DNA of 64,000 nucleotides from a virus (lineage: Duplodnaviria > Caudoviricetes), in the IMG/VR virus record IMGVR_UViG_3300034062_005626; one strand, given 5' to 3'. Positions 7,645 through 16,364 of this stretch are shown here, piece after piece (position 1 is the first letter of the stretch; the number at the start of each line of letters is the position of its first letter). The notes beneath the pieces were generated by a model. The model did no database searches, had not been told where the DNA came from, and saw only the letters and a list, made by a program, of their open reading frames with translations. The translations under genes were made by a program, and so were the position numbers.

Positions 7645-7962
7645 TTACATTCTTGAACCTAATCTACTTTCTAAGTCTCTTAATTCATCTCTTTTTGATG
7701 TATAAGTTCCAAAAGTGTCATCTTCATCGTGTGCACCATAACCTTTTTTAAGTCTTGCCATAATTGAACTTGCAACTTCATTTGGTTTTTCAACAATAAA
7801 CTTAGCTAATGTAATCATTTCGTCATTTCCTTTTTCAGAAAATTCAAAAGTTGCGAATATATCATCAAGAATGCTATTGATTTCTCTTCTATCGTTTTTG
7901 TCTTCTTTGATTACACGTCTAACAATACGTGATAAATCTCTTTCAGTTAATCTATTTCTCAT
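7645..7962 (-). CDS. leader-family protein (RLTERDL...RVIKE)
   Basis: Conserved N-terminal leader; TATTTATA motif upstream. Confidence 0.8.
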   Translation of the reverse strand: MRNRLTERDLSRIVRRVIKEDKNDRREINSILDDIFATFEFSEKGNDEMITLAKFIVEKPNEVASSIMARLKKGYGAHDEDDTFGTYTSKRDELRDLESRLGSRM

Positions 7963-8002
7963 AATAATATTTTTATTATAAATATATCATTAGTTGAAAA
8001 AA

Positions 8003-8500
8003 TTATTTAATCTCGAAAGCACACCTCATAATTTTTTTTGTTTTAACCGAATCCTCAAAGTTTCCAATAACAACACCATCTTTGATTGTAAATGCGTGTT
8101 GTCTAACTAAAACAAAGAATGTTCCTTTTGGGTTTTGTTTGATGAAAGTCCCAACGGTCATTTGTCTTAATTTGGTTTCTCCTTTGATTGTAACATTATA
8201 AGACAAAGAATTAATCAATGTGGAACTTTTTCTAACCCCAACAGGATAAACTTTTTTGTAGTTTACAGTCGTTCTATTGTCAGCCATTCTTACAAGTTTA
8301 CTTACAGTCCCATAAGTCCCTTTTTTTGGTTTTCTACCAAATTGTTCTGCAACATACTTATGTGCTTTGTCATATGGAATGTCAAATGCCGATGCAAATG
8401 CTCTAACAACACAGTCATTATTTTCTGATTTTGCAATCACTGATTCTGAATAACCTTGGATTGCTTTTGATGTGGCTTCGTATGGTAGTTTGTTTTTCAT
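8003..8500 (-). CDS. conserved hypothetical phage protein (NDCVVRA motif)
   Basis: 165 aa; TATATTTG promoter immediately upstream. Confidence 0.75.
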   Translation of the reverse strand: MKNKLPYEATSKAIQGYSESVIAKSENNDCVVRAFASAFDIPYDKAHKYVAEQFGRKPKKGTYGTVSKLVRMADNRTTVNYKKVYPVGVRKSSTLINSLSYNVTIKGETKLRQMTVGTFIKQNPKGTFFVLVRQHAFTIKDGVVIGNFEDSVKTKKIMRCAFEIK

Positions 8501-8546
8501 AATACAAATATACGAAAAATATTTAAATCAAAAAAATATGATAAAA

Positions 8547-8587
8547 TTTTTTGGTTTAATTTTTATGTGTATATTTGTAGAAATAAT
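8547..8587 (+). promoter_or_regulatory. 41-bp promoter block, copy 1
   Basis: TTTTTTGGTTTAATTTTTATGTGTATATTTGTAGAAATAAT, identical to 10070-10110; contains TTTG and TATATTTG. Confidence 0.8.
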
Positions 8588-8596
8588 ACAATCAAC

Positions 8597-9109
8597 ATGA
8601 AGATACTTTTAATAACATTCTTATTTATATTCTCGTTTTCTTTTGGTCAAAAGGTAAATGAACTTATTATTAAAAAAATTAATTTATATCGAAAACAAAA
8701 TGGTATTCCTGAATTAGTATATGAATCTAAAGCCAAATTGGCCAACGACCAAATGTTAAACTATATGATTGAGACATCTACATTACCTATGGACCATTCT
8801 CAAAGAATTGTATCTTCTTTTCCAACAACATTTGAAACATTCATAGATAGAATAACATATTTGTATGGGTACAACTACACATATATTGGGGAAAACCTTT
8901 GTAGTTTTAGAGATTTGAAGACGGATGAAGAAAGAGCGAATGAAGTGTTAGAGTTATGGAAAAATTCTCCTAAACATAATGCGTTGATGTTAAACCCAAA
9001 ATACAACGGATTTTGTGTTGGTAGTAAAACTTCAGATAAGATTATTATAGATGGGGTTACTTATGATAATGGTCAGATTTTTTATTGTGTTTTAACGGTA
9101 TATAAATAA
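8597..9109 (+). CDS. secreted CAP/SCP-domain protein
   Basis: Signal peptide MKILLITFLFIFSFSFG; INLYRKQNG, GENL and SPKHNALML CAP motifs. Start moved from 8567, which overlaps the promoter. Confidence 0.8.
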   Translation: MKILLITFLFIFSFSFGQKVNELIIKKINLYRKQNGIPELVYESKAKLANDQMLNYMIETSTLPMDHSQRIVSSFPTTFETFIDRITYLYGYNYTYIGENLCSFRDLKTDEERANEVLELWKNSPKHNALMLNPKYNGFCVGSKTSDKIIIDGVTYDNGQIFYCVLTVYK

Positions 9110-9140
9110 AAAACCCACCTTTATGGGGTGGGTTTTTTTT
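9107..9140. terminator. bidirectional terminator
   Basis: AAAAAACCCACCTTTATGGGGTGGGTTTTTTT between convergent genes. Confidence 0.8.
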
Positions 9141-9155
9141 AGATTAATTTTGTTT

Positions 9156-10001
9156 TTAATAAGTTTTTGTTGTTAATAATACTTTAAGTTCTGGGAATTT
9201 ATATTTAAATTCGTTGTTGAATTTCGGGAACACCCTTATATATGTCTTTTCGTCTTCATCACTACTAGTCCAAGAATTTTTTTTCCAATATGCATTTATT
9301 TCGTTAATTAGTGCTTCTAATTCTTCTTGTGTCATACTTTCAAACTTATCTAACTTTGCTCTATAGTCAGCCATTGTTGTTTTAAAATTTTGTGCATTTG
9401 CAGAGTCTTGAGCATTTAACTCCGCCCTTTTTTGTATTTCCGCATCTGTCGCAGCTTTTTGAGACGCCGCTGTCGCAGCTTCAGCCTCCGCCGCAGCAGC
9501 TTGCTTTGCATCATTTTGTTTACTTATATTCCAACCCTCGCATTGTTGTTTATAATGTTCAGGACTTTTCCACACTTTATCTTTTTGGTTAGGACAATGA
9601 GTATCTCTGAATTTTTGTAATTGACTATATGACGTTGCACATCCATTTTTTAATTGTTCTTTCCAATTACCGGTTAAACCTAATGTTGCTTCAGGATTTT
9701 TAATTACTTTACCACCAGAACCGAAAATCGCCCCAGGTTCTTGCGAGGTTCCTTTGTTTGTTGTTACATCATAAAACGAATTAGGGTCCCAAATACATTG
9801 GTAATAATATTGGTTTTTATCACCTCCCACTGAAAATCCTATATAATACATTCCTTGTTCAACTAAACTGTCTGACCGACCTGCATTATATATATTACCC
9901 GCCACAGTAGGTTCTTGTTCCTTTAAATACTGTCTTTTAATAGCATTTTTATGCATATTAAGTATTCTACTTTTTTCTTCTTCTGAAATTAAAAACTTCA
10001 T
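9156..10001 (-). CDS. leader-family protein (ISEEEKSRILNMH...QYLKE)
   Basis: Conserved leader; Ala-rich coiled segment. Confidence 0.8.
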   Translation of the reverse strand: MKFLISEEEKSRILNMHKNAIKRQYLKEQEPTVAGNIYNAGRSDSLVEQGMYYIGFSVGGDKNQYYYQCIWDPNSFYDVTTNKGTSQEPGAIFGSGGKVIKNPEATLGLTGNWKEQLKNGCATSYSQLQKFRDTHCPNQKDKVWKSPEHYKQQCEGWNISKQNDAKQAAAAEAEAATAASQKAATDAEIQKRAELNAQDSANAQNFKTTMADYRAKLDKFESMTQEELEALINEINAYWKKNSWTSSDEDEKTYIRVFPKFNNEFKYKFPELKVLLTTKTY

Positions 10002-10069
10002 AATCTTTGTGTTTTGTTTTTATTATTTAATATATAAATATAGAGTTGAATAAAAAAAACTAATAAAGT

Positions 10070-10110
10070 TTTTTTGGTTTAATTTTTATGTGTATATTTG
10101 TAGAAATAAT
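10070..10110 (+). promoter_or_regulatory. 41-bp promoter block, copy 2
   Basis: Identical to 8547-8587. Confidence 0.8.
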
Positions 10111-10130
10111 CATTTAAAAAAATAAACCTC

Positions 10131-10547
10131 ATGAAAACACTATTTTTAACATTCGGTCTTTTATTGTCCACTTTGAGTTTTTCTCAAAAAATTATAATTC
10201 ATGTTTTTGAAAGACAAGAAATGGTTTGCGAAAGAAAAACAACTTTGGATTCTGTTTATTCAAGTCCTGATTATAGTTATGACGTTGATTCCACATATAC
10301 ACGTTACGTGTTAGATTTGGATGAAAAAACTTCTACATATTTTGTTAATGATGTAGAAAAAAGTGTTCTTCCAATTGAATACGAAGATTTTGGTGATGAT
10401 GTTTTAAAAGTTAGTATTCTTGAAGATGGTTTTGATTATGGTTTGTTGGTGAACACAAAAGATGAATCTGTGATGTGGTATTGGTTTACCGATTACATGA
10501 CAACCGTAAAGAAAATTTCAAAGTGTCGTTTTGAAAAAGCCTCTTAA
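10131..10547 (+). CDS. secreted hypothetical protein
   Basis: Signal peptide MKTLFLTFGLLLSTLSFS. Confidence 0.75.
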   Translation: MKTLFLTFGLLLSTLSFSQKIIIHVFERQEMVCERKTTLDSVYSSPDYSYDVDSTYTRYVLDLDEKTSTYFVNDVEKSVLPIEYEDFGDDVLKVSILEDGFDYGLLVNTKDESVMWYWFTDYMTTVKKISKCRFEKAS

Positions 10548-10580
10548 TAAAAAACCCCATCTTTTCAGGTGGGGTTTTTA
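10548..10580. terminator. bidirectional terminator
   Basis: AAAAAACCCCATCTTTTCAGGTGGGGTTTTT. Confidence 0.75.
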
Positions 10581-10585
10581 ATTTT

Positions 10586-11068
10586 TTATTTAGGTTGTGC
10601 TGGTTGTTTATTTTTAAAATATGTGTTAACAACTTCCGTTACAGCACTTCGTAAAGCTCCAGTAACCGGACCTAGTGTTAACTTAGCGTCGGGTGTTGAT
10701 TTAACATAGTTGGTATATCCATTTACTAAATTTGGTAATAATAAAGAACTTAATTTTACCGTTGGGATATCGGTCCCTTTTACAGTTTCATTATATGATA
10801 TGGCCTGTAATAAAGTTGGGACATCTGGTGAAACTGTTGACGTATATACCGCTTTTCCATCTTTAACAATCGAAATAGTTCCATTGTTATTTAGTTGTAA
10901 TGTAATGGTCGGTAATTTATATGCTGTCATTTGACCATCAAACTTAGTTTTCATAGTGTTGAAATAGTTTGTTGCAACTTCTTCTTCCATCAAATATTGT
11001 CTTTCATTGATAACTCTTTTAACAATACGAGTTAGGTCTCTTTCGGTTAGTCTTATAATTTTTTTCAT
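10586..11068 (-). CDS. leader-family cassette protein 6
   Basis: MKKIIRLTERDLTRIVKRVINERQYLMEE leader; ends QPAQPK. Confidence 0.8.
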   Translation of the reverse strand: MKKIIRLTERDLTRIVKRVINERQYLMEEEVATNYFNTMKTKFDGQMTAYKLPTITLQLNNNGTISIVKDGKAVYTSTVSPDVPTLLQAISYNETVKGTDIPTVKLSSLLLPNLVNGYTNYVKSTPDAKLTLGPVTGALRSAVTEVVNTYFKNKQPAQPK

Positions 11069-11084
11069 AGTTATTTTATTTTTA

Positions 11085-11576
11085 TTATTTTTGTGTTGGT
11101 GTCGATTTTTTAATAATTTTTTGTATAAAAACCGTTTGTGGCCCAGATGATGGATTGTTCGGGTCTTTTTTTCTTACAAAACTTGCGGAGTTTCTATTAA
11201 ACATAGATGTATCAATTAAATCATCACTTTTCACATTATTAATCGCACTTATAAGTAAATCGGCATCGTTTCCTAACATGATTTCTCCATTTACATACTC
11301 ACCATTTAATTTTTGATTTGTTAATTTATTTGCAAATCCACCATTGATAATCATACTATTTAATATTCCTGTATATTCATTTGCGGCGTTTTTACCAAGC
11401 GGACCTATAGAAAAAGATATGTTTTTATTTCTATCTATTTGACCATTGATTGTTGGAATATTTAAACTTAAAACTACAGATTGAACCGCTTCCATTAAAT
11501 ATTGTCTTGAAGTTGCACTTTGATGCATTTCCAAAATTCTACTTTTTTCTTGTTCTGAGATTATAAATTGTTTCAT
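11085..11576 (-). CDS. leader-family cassette protein 5
   Basis: MKQFIISEQEKSRILEMHQSATSRQYLME; ends PTQK. Confidence 0.8.
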   Translation of the reverse strand: MKQFIISEQEKSRILEMHQSATSRQYLMEAVQSVVLSLNIPTINGQIDRNKNISFSIGPLGKNAANEYTGILNSMIINGGFANKLTNQKLNGEYVNGEIMLGNDADLLISAINNVKSDDLIDTSMFNRNSASFVRKKDPNNPSSGPQTVFIQKIIKKSTPTQK

Positions 11577-11588
11577 AATTATTTTATT

Positions 11589-11957
11589 TTATTTTTGAGT
11601 GGGTTTCTTTTTTTTGTACTCTACAATTTGCATTAATAAATTGTCCAAGGTTTCTTTAATTTTACGACCAATTGTTCCATCAAATTGTGATTGCATTCCC
11701 CAACCTCGTAAAGTACTTTTCATAATATAATCACTACCCATATTAACCGGACTGTCTAGTTGTTTCAATGCTCTTTGTGGGTTTTTTATATATCCTCGGC
11801 AAATAATACTGTCATCACTGGCGTCATAACTAAATATAAATGTATAATTCGGAAATTCTAAATTAGGAACTTTTGGTAATGTTGGTGCTTGTTCATTAAT
11901 AACCCTTCTTACAATTCGAGCTAAATCTGACTCAGTTAATCTTACAATTCTTTTCAT
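11589..11957 (-). CDS. leader-family cassette protein 4
   Basis: MKRIVRLTESDLARIVRRVINE; ends PTQK. Confidence 0.8.
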   Translation of the reverse strand: MKRIVRLTESDLARIVRRVINEQAPTLPKVPNLEFPNYTFIFSYDASDDSIICRGYIKNPQRALKQLDSPVNMGSDYIMKSTLRGWGMQSQFDGTIGRKIKETLDNLLMQIVEYKKKKPTQK

Positions 11958-11980
11958 TTTTTTGTTTTTTATTTATTTTA

Positions 11981-12520
11981 TTATTTTTGAGTTGGGATGT
12001 ATTCTTTTCCTTTTTTTATTGTAACTCCACCCGTTTTTGGGGTATTTGTATCTGAAAATTTAGTTACATTTCCAGATGGAAAGATTCCAAAGTTTATTTT
12101 AGTTACACCCCCCATTGAAGCTTTCCCGGACAGGTAAATATATCCATCACCACCTTTTACAAATTTTTGAGGACCAAAAGTTGTTATAGTACCTTCACCA
12201 GCACCACCTCCAAGGTCTATACTATTTAGAGTGTAGGTTTTCATATTTGGGTTTTTACTTAATTCTTTTGCTAAATCTGGGTCACCATCCAAAGCTAAAA
12301 AAGTTGGGACGTATTCCGGCTTGAAAAACGCTTCTTTAGCAGGAACCTCTACAATATTACCTTTTTGGTCTTTAATTTTTTTGTAAGGTAAAGTAATAAT
12401 CACTGAATTGTTTTTACTTGTTGCTACATATTGTTCCATTAAATATTGTCTTGAAGTTGAACTTTGGTGCATTTCCAAAATTCTATTTTTTTCTTGTTCT
12501 GATATAATAAATTGTTTCAT
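11981..12520 (-). CDS. leader-family cassette protein 3
   Basis: MKQFIISEQEKNRILEMH...QYLME; ends PTQK. Confidence 0.8.
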   Translation of the reverse strand: MKQFIISEQEKNRILEMHQSSTSRQYLMEQYVATSKNNSVIITLPYKKIKDQKGNIVEVPAKEAFFKPEYVPTFLALDGDPDLAKELSKNPNMKTYTLNSIDLGGGAGEGTITTFGPQKFVKGGDGYIYLSGKASMGGVTKINFGIFPSGNVTKFSDTNTPKTGGVTIKKGKEYIPTQK

Positions 12521-12532
12521 AATTATTTTATT

Positions 12533-12976
12533 TTATTTTTGAGTTGGCATTTGTTTTTCAATAATTGTAGGTTTGACCCCAAATTGAGTGCCTTGTTCGG
12601 CGATAACCATATTCCCTTCTAAAACTTGTGGTCCTTTATTTATCTTTGGTTTTAATATATTGATTTGTTCGGGAGTAAGGGAAAATTGACCATTAATAAT
12701 ATTACCTTTTAAAGATTGATAACTTGGTCCCACTTCAATCTGATTAAATAAAGAAATTTGTCTAATTGTTTTTATATTGTGAGTTGAAATATCAGCACTA
12801 AAAAAAACAGTTGGGGAATATTTTTTAATATTTCCCGGTGCTAAATTATATTGTAAAGTTAAAGACAATAAAATAACCTGAGAAAGGTCTTCGTTTAAAT
12901 ATTGTTTTGACGTGGCATTTTGGTGCATTTCCAAAATTCTTTGTTTTTCTTGTTCTGATATAATAAATTGTTTCAT
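12533..12976 (-). CDS. leader-family cassette protein 2
   Basis: MKQFIISEQEKQRILEMH...QYLNE; ends PTQK. Confidence 0.8.
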   Translation of the reverse strand: MKQFIISEQEKQRILEMHQNATSKQYLNEDLSQVILLSLTLQYNLAPGNIKKYSPTVFFSADISTHNIKTIRQISLFNQIEVGPSYQSLKGNIINGQFSLTPEQINILKPKINKGPQVLEGNMVIAEQGTQFGVKPTIIEKQMPTQK

Positions 12977-12988
12977 AATTATTTTATT

Positions 12989-13669
12989 TTATTTTTGAGC
13001 CGGTCCTGCAATTGTATCATAAACCGTTTTAGCGACTCCTGTTAATTTAGCTCTAGTTTCTTTAGATAGATTTTTTGCGTAGGAACCTAATTTTAAATTG
13101 TTTGCAATTGTAACTAACTTTGCGGCGTCAAAACCAGGAAAATGTTTGGATATATCGGCAGCAACTTCGTCGTCAGTTTTTACTTCGAGTTTAGTAGATA
13201 ATTTCAATGAACCATTATTGGCTATTATGTCACCAAAACTTCCCGACAAATAAAATTTTTGGGCTGCTGAGCCGCTACCTGTGTCAGGACTACCATAAAA
13301 GAAATACGGAACTTCATTCATTGTAGTATCAGGAAAATCTAAAGTTAGAACCGTTGCCGGATTAGCATATTTGGGTCTACCATATGTTCTTGGTCCAAAA
13401 GTATAGACATATATAGTCCAATTAGTCTGACCTTTTGCCGCTCTAAAATATGCCTTTGAACCATACACACCAACACTTGTTTCTCCTGTTTTATCGGCAG
13501 CTTTAAGTTTTGGTTCCAATACTGTTTTTAAATCAGGATAAGCGGTAAGTAGACCATTGTCATCGGTGATTTCCATCAAAAATTGTCTTGATTTTTCTTC
13601 CATTATTCTATTTTCCAACATCAAGTTTGATTGTTGCATGTGTCTAATTTTACTATAACTTCTATTCAT
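12989..13669 (-). CDS. leader-family cassette protein 1
   Basis: MNRSYSKIRHMQQSNLMLE...RQFLME; ends PAQK. Start moved from 13702, which overlaps a TATTTATA motif. Confidence 0.8.
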   Translation of the reverse strand: MNRSYSKIRHMQQSNLMLENRIMEEKSRQFLMEITDDNGLLTAYPDLKTVLEPKLKAADKTGETSVGVYGSKAYFRAAKGQTNWTIYVYTFGPRTYGRPKYANPATVLTLDFPDTTMNEVPYFFYGSPDTGSGSAAQKFYLSGSFGDIIANNGSLKLSTKLEVKTDDEVAADISKHFPGFDAAKLVTIANNLKLGSYAKNLSKETRAKLTGVAKTVYDTIAGPAQK

Positions 13670-13704
13670 AATTTTATTATTTAAATATAAATATGCCAAC
13701 AAAC

Positions 13705-13735
13705 AAAAAAGGTGTTGTTTCCAACACCTTTTTTA
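13705..13735 (-). terminator. intrinsic terminator
   Basis: AAAAAAGGTGTTG-TTTC-CAACACCTTTTTT. Confidence 0.75.
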
Positions 13736-13743
13736 ATTTTGAT

Positions 13744-13813
13744 AAGTCGCAACGGGATTCAAACCTGTGACACGTCCATAAATGGATTGCTCTACCAACT
13801 GAGCTATACGACT
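13744..13813 (-). ncRNA. tRNA-like RNA with a 4-nt loop instead of an anticodon loop
   Basis: AGTCGTA/TGCGACT acceptor, GCTC-AGTTGGTA-GAGC D arm, TCCA-TTTA-TGGA, ACAGG-TTTGAAT-CCCGT T arm. Confidence 0.7.
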
Positions 13814-13838
13814 TATACCATCTATTAACCTACCTTAA

Positions 13839-13964
13839 TTATAATTCATTTAATTCTGAAGATAAAGCTTCTTTTTCTTCATATTCAAAAAATTCTTTCA
13901 TGTATTGAAAATAATCTTCTGAGTTAATAAAATCATAATGTTCTTGTTCAAAGATGTCTTCCAT
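13839..13964 (-). CDS. 41 aa highly acidic peptide
   Basis: MEDIFEQEHYDFINSEDYFQYMKEFFEYEEKEALSSELNEL. Confidence 0.55.
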   Translation of the reverse strand: MEDIFEQEHYDFINSEDYFQYMKEFFEYEEKEALSSELNEL

Positions 13965-13975
13965 AATTATTTTTT

Positions 13976-14566
13976 TTAGTTTTTAATATATCTTTTTTTT
14001 CTAGCTGAGTTTTTATTTTTAGACTTATATGTGTCCAACTGTGAGTCACAATTATGACAAATCAACCTTAAGTTATTTCTCATATTATTTGACGCATTTC
14101 CGTCTATATGGTCCAATACAAAAATTAATTCTTTTTCGTTCCACATATTTTTTATCCCACATATATTACAACAATTATTTTGTTCGTTTAAAATATGTTT
14201 TTTTAAAAATCTCATATCTCTTTCGTAACAATATTTTTCCTGATTCTCAATATAATCTTCATACTTTTTAAGTACTTTATATTGATTATCACATGTCATA
14301 GAACAATATAAATTTTTTTTTGTGTATGGTATAAATTCTTTATTACAATTTTTACACGTATGTTTTTTTGAATTTCCAAAATTATGAGGTTTGTAACCTT
14401 CAGGGAATTTTCTCCGCCTTGTTAAAGTAATCCCTAATTTATTGGCAATTTTTTTTATGTAAGTATCACTAACAGAATAAATTCTACCAATTTCTCGGTA
14501 AGATTTATTTTCTGTAAAAATTAACCTTATAAGGTCTTCTTTTTTATATTTTTTGTCAATTCCCAT
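13976..14566 (-). CDS. HNH homing endonuclease
   Basis: CNICG...LDHIDGNASNNMRNNLRLICHNC; N-terminal HTH and CxxC/CS..C zinc module. Confidence 0.9.
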   Translation of the reverse strand: MGIDKKYKKEDLIRLIFTENKSYREIGRIYSVSDTYIKKIANKLGITLTRRRKFPEGYKPHNFGNSKKHTCKNCNKEFIPYTKKNLYCSMTCDNQYKVLKKYEDYIENQEKYCYERDMRFLKKHILNEQNNCCNICGIKNMWNEKELIFVLDHIDGNASNNMRNNLRLICHNCDSQLDTYKSKNKNSARKKRYIKN

Positions 14567-14627
14567 GTTTGTTTTATTATAAATATTATAATTTAATAAA
14601 AACGAACCAATACCTATTATTTTTTTG

Positions 14628-14700
14628 TAGTCCCATCAGGGTTCGAACCTGAAAGATTTCTTTAGAAGAGAAATATGTTATCCAATTACATCATGGGACC
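14628..14700 (-). tRNA. trnR: tRNA-Arg(TCT)
   Basis: GGTCCCA/TGGGACT acceptor, TTTCT-CTTCTAA-AGAAA anticodon arm. Confidence 0.9.
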
Positions 14701-14796
14701 ATTTGAATTAATTTATATTACAAATATATAAAACTTTGTTTAAATAAAAAACCCCCCAATTAAAAAAAGGAGGGTTAATTATAAAAAAGATAATTT

Positions 14797-15096
14797 TTAC
14801 ATTCCAATAATTAAATCATCAGGATTAAATCCTCTTGACCCCTTAATTCTATCTTCCATTTCATCATACATATATGATTTAACAACCGCCAAAATTGATT
14901 GTTCTGATTGGGCAATTTTTGTTTCCATCCAATCTTCAAGTTGTTCACCTTCTTCCATCATTTCCCACATTTTATGTGCCAAAGTTGCAATTGTAAAAAG
15001 TTGTTGTTTTGCCATGTAAGAACCTCCTTCATGGTTTTCTTTAAGTTGTTTTACAACCTCTTCAAGTTGTTCTTCTGTTATAATAATTCTTCCCAT
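14797..15096 (-). CDS. leader-family protein (IIITEEQL...LKE)
   Basis: 99 aa; LEDWMETKIAQ motif. Confidence 0.75.
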   Translation of the reverse strand: MGRIIITEEQLEEVVKQLKENHEGGSYMAKQQLFTIATLAHKMWEMMEEGEQLEDWMETKIAQSEQSILAVVKSYMYDEMEDRIKGSRGFNPDDLIIGM

Positions 15097-15100
15097 AATA

Positions 15101-15469
15101 TCACCAAGTTCTACAAGCCCAATATCTTGGTTTCCATCTTGGGCCAGGATTATCGCAATTGTGTCTTGCTCTAAATGAACGTCTCCTTTCAGGATTGTTC
15201 TTTTTAATCACCATTCGTTTTCCTTTTGCTGATTTTCCACCAAACCCAAAGTTCACTTTAACAACCTTTCCTTTGTCGTTTTTAACGTATACCTTGAACT
15301 TTTTGATGTCTCCTTGCATAATCTTACCAAGTTGAACTTTTCGTCCCTGATACTCCGCCTCATGTATCAAGTTTATTTCTTCAACATTGCCGTAAATGTC
15401 TTCATAAATAAAATCCTGATGGAATGATTCTTCAATTAAAATCTTTCGTATGGTTGATAAAATATTCAT
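15101..15469 (-). CDS. conserved phage protein (SFRARHNCD...RYWAC) with leader
   Basis: Motif common in T4-like phages; start moved to MNILSTIRKILIEE. Confidence 0.75.
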   Translation of the reverse strand: MNILSTIRKILIEESFHQDFIYEDIYGNVEEINLIHEAEYQGRKVQLGKIMQGDIKKFKVYVKNDKGKVVKVNFGFGGKSAKGKRMVIKKNNPERRRSFRARHNCDNPGPRWKPRYWACRTW

Positions 15470-15582
15470 AACAATAAATATATCATTAATAAAAAAAGGT
15501 GAAGTCTCCTTCACCTTAATTTTGGGTCGACACGGTTCGTGCCAACATCTCTCCACCACTTTGTTTTTATAGAACAAAGAAA

Positions 15583-15849
15583 CTACCCCTCCAATTTAGA
15601 TTTTGCAACAAGAACTTCAGCCATGGTTATGTCCTTGTTGGTCCCCAAAACTAATGACTCTTTTAACATATTAAAGGGAATATGTATCAAGAAATCCTTC
15701 CCATTAAAAGTTGAAAAGTCTTCTTTAAGAGTCAATGATGAGTGAATCATGTTTAAGAATATTTTAAACTGAATCTCATCAACAAAAGTTTCATTTAATA
15801 TTTCCCCGTGCTTAGGGTGAACAAGTAGTATATTTTTTATTGTTGCCAT
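15583..15849 (-). CDS. hypothetical protein
   Basis: 88 aa; TATATTTG promoter upstream. Confidence 0.7.
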   Translation of the reverse strand: MATIKNILLVHPKHGEILNETFVDEIQFKIFLNMIHSSLTLKEDFSTFNGKDFLIHIPFNMLKESLVLGTNKDITMAEVLVAKSKLEG

Positions 15850-15882
15850 ATCTTCTACAAATATAAAAATAATATTTCAATA

Positions 15883-16266
15883 TTACAAATAATCCCAAGT
15901 AATTTTTTTAACTACTATTTCATCAATATCTGATATAGCAAAATATTTCAATTCTTCTTTAATTGTTGCATCGATTAATCGTCTTATGTATCTATTTGCA
16001 TTTCTAGCGTGATTTTTTTGATATTGAGTTGAGTAAGCCCAATAATCACATTTCATATCAACAATTACATCGAATTGATAAATGTATTTTTCGTGAGTAC
16101 GATATTTGTTATACCCGTCTGAATATTTTCTAATATTTGTTATTTTGACAACAGTGTTGTTATACTCACTCCATTTATATAAATTAACTAATTTGAAAAT
16201 GTTTTTACCTAAGAATTTTTTGATTACCGCTATTTGATTGTCTTTAACTAATTGATTTTTTTCCAT
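15883..16266 (-). CDS. hypothetical protein
   Basis: 127 aa; TATCTTTG promoter upstream. Confidence 0.7.
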   Translation of the reverse strand: MEKNQLVKDNQIAVIKKFLGKNIFKLVNLYKWSEYNNTVVKITNIRKYSDGYNKYRTHEKYIYQFDVIVDMKCDYWAYSTQYQKNHARNANRYIRRLIDATIKEELKYFAISDIDEIVVKKITWDYL

Positions 16267-16364
16267 ACCACAAAGATATATAAAAAAATTAATTGCACAA
16301 AAAAATGGATAATAATATTTTACTATCCATCAATTTTTTTACCGGTGGCTCCATTAAAAAAAAA

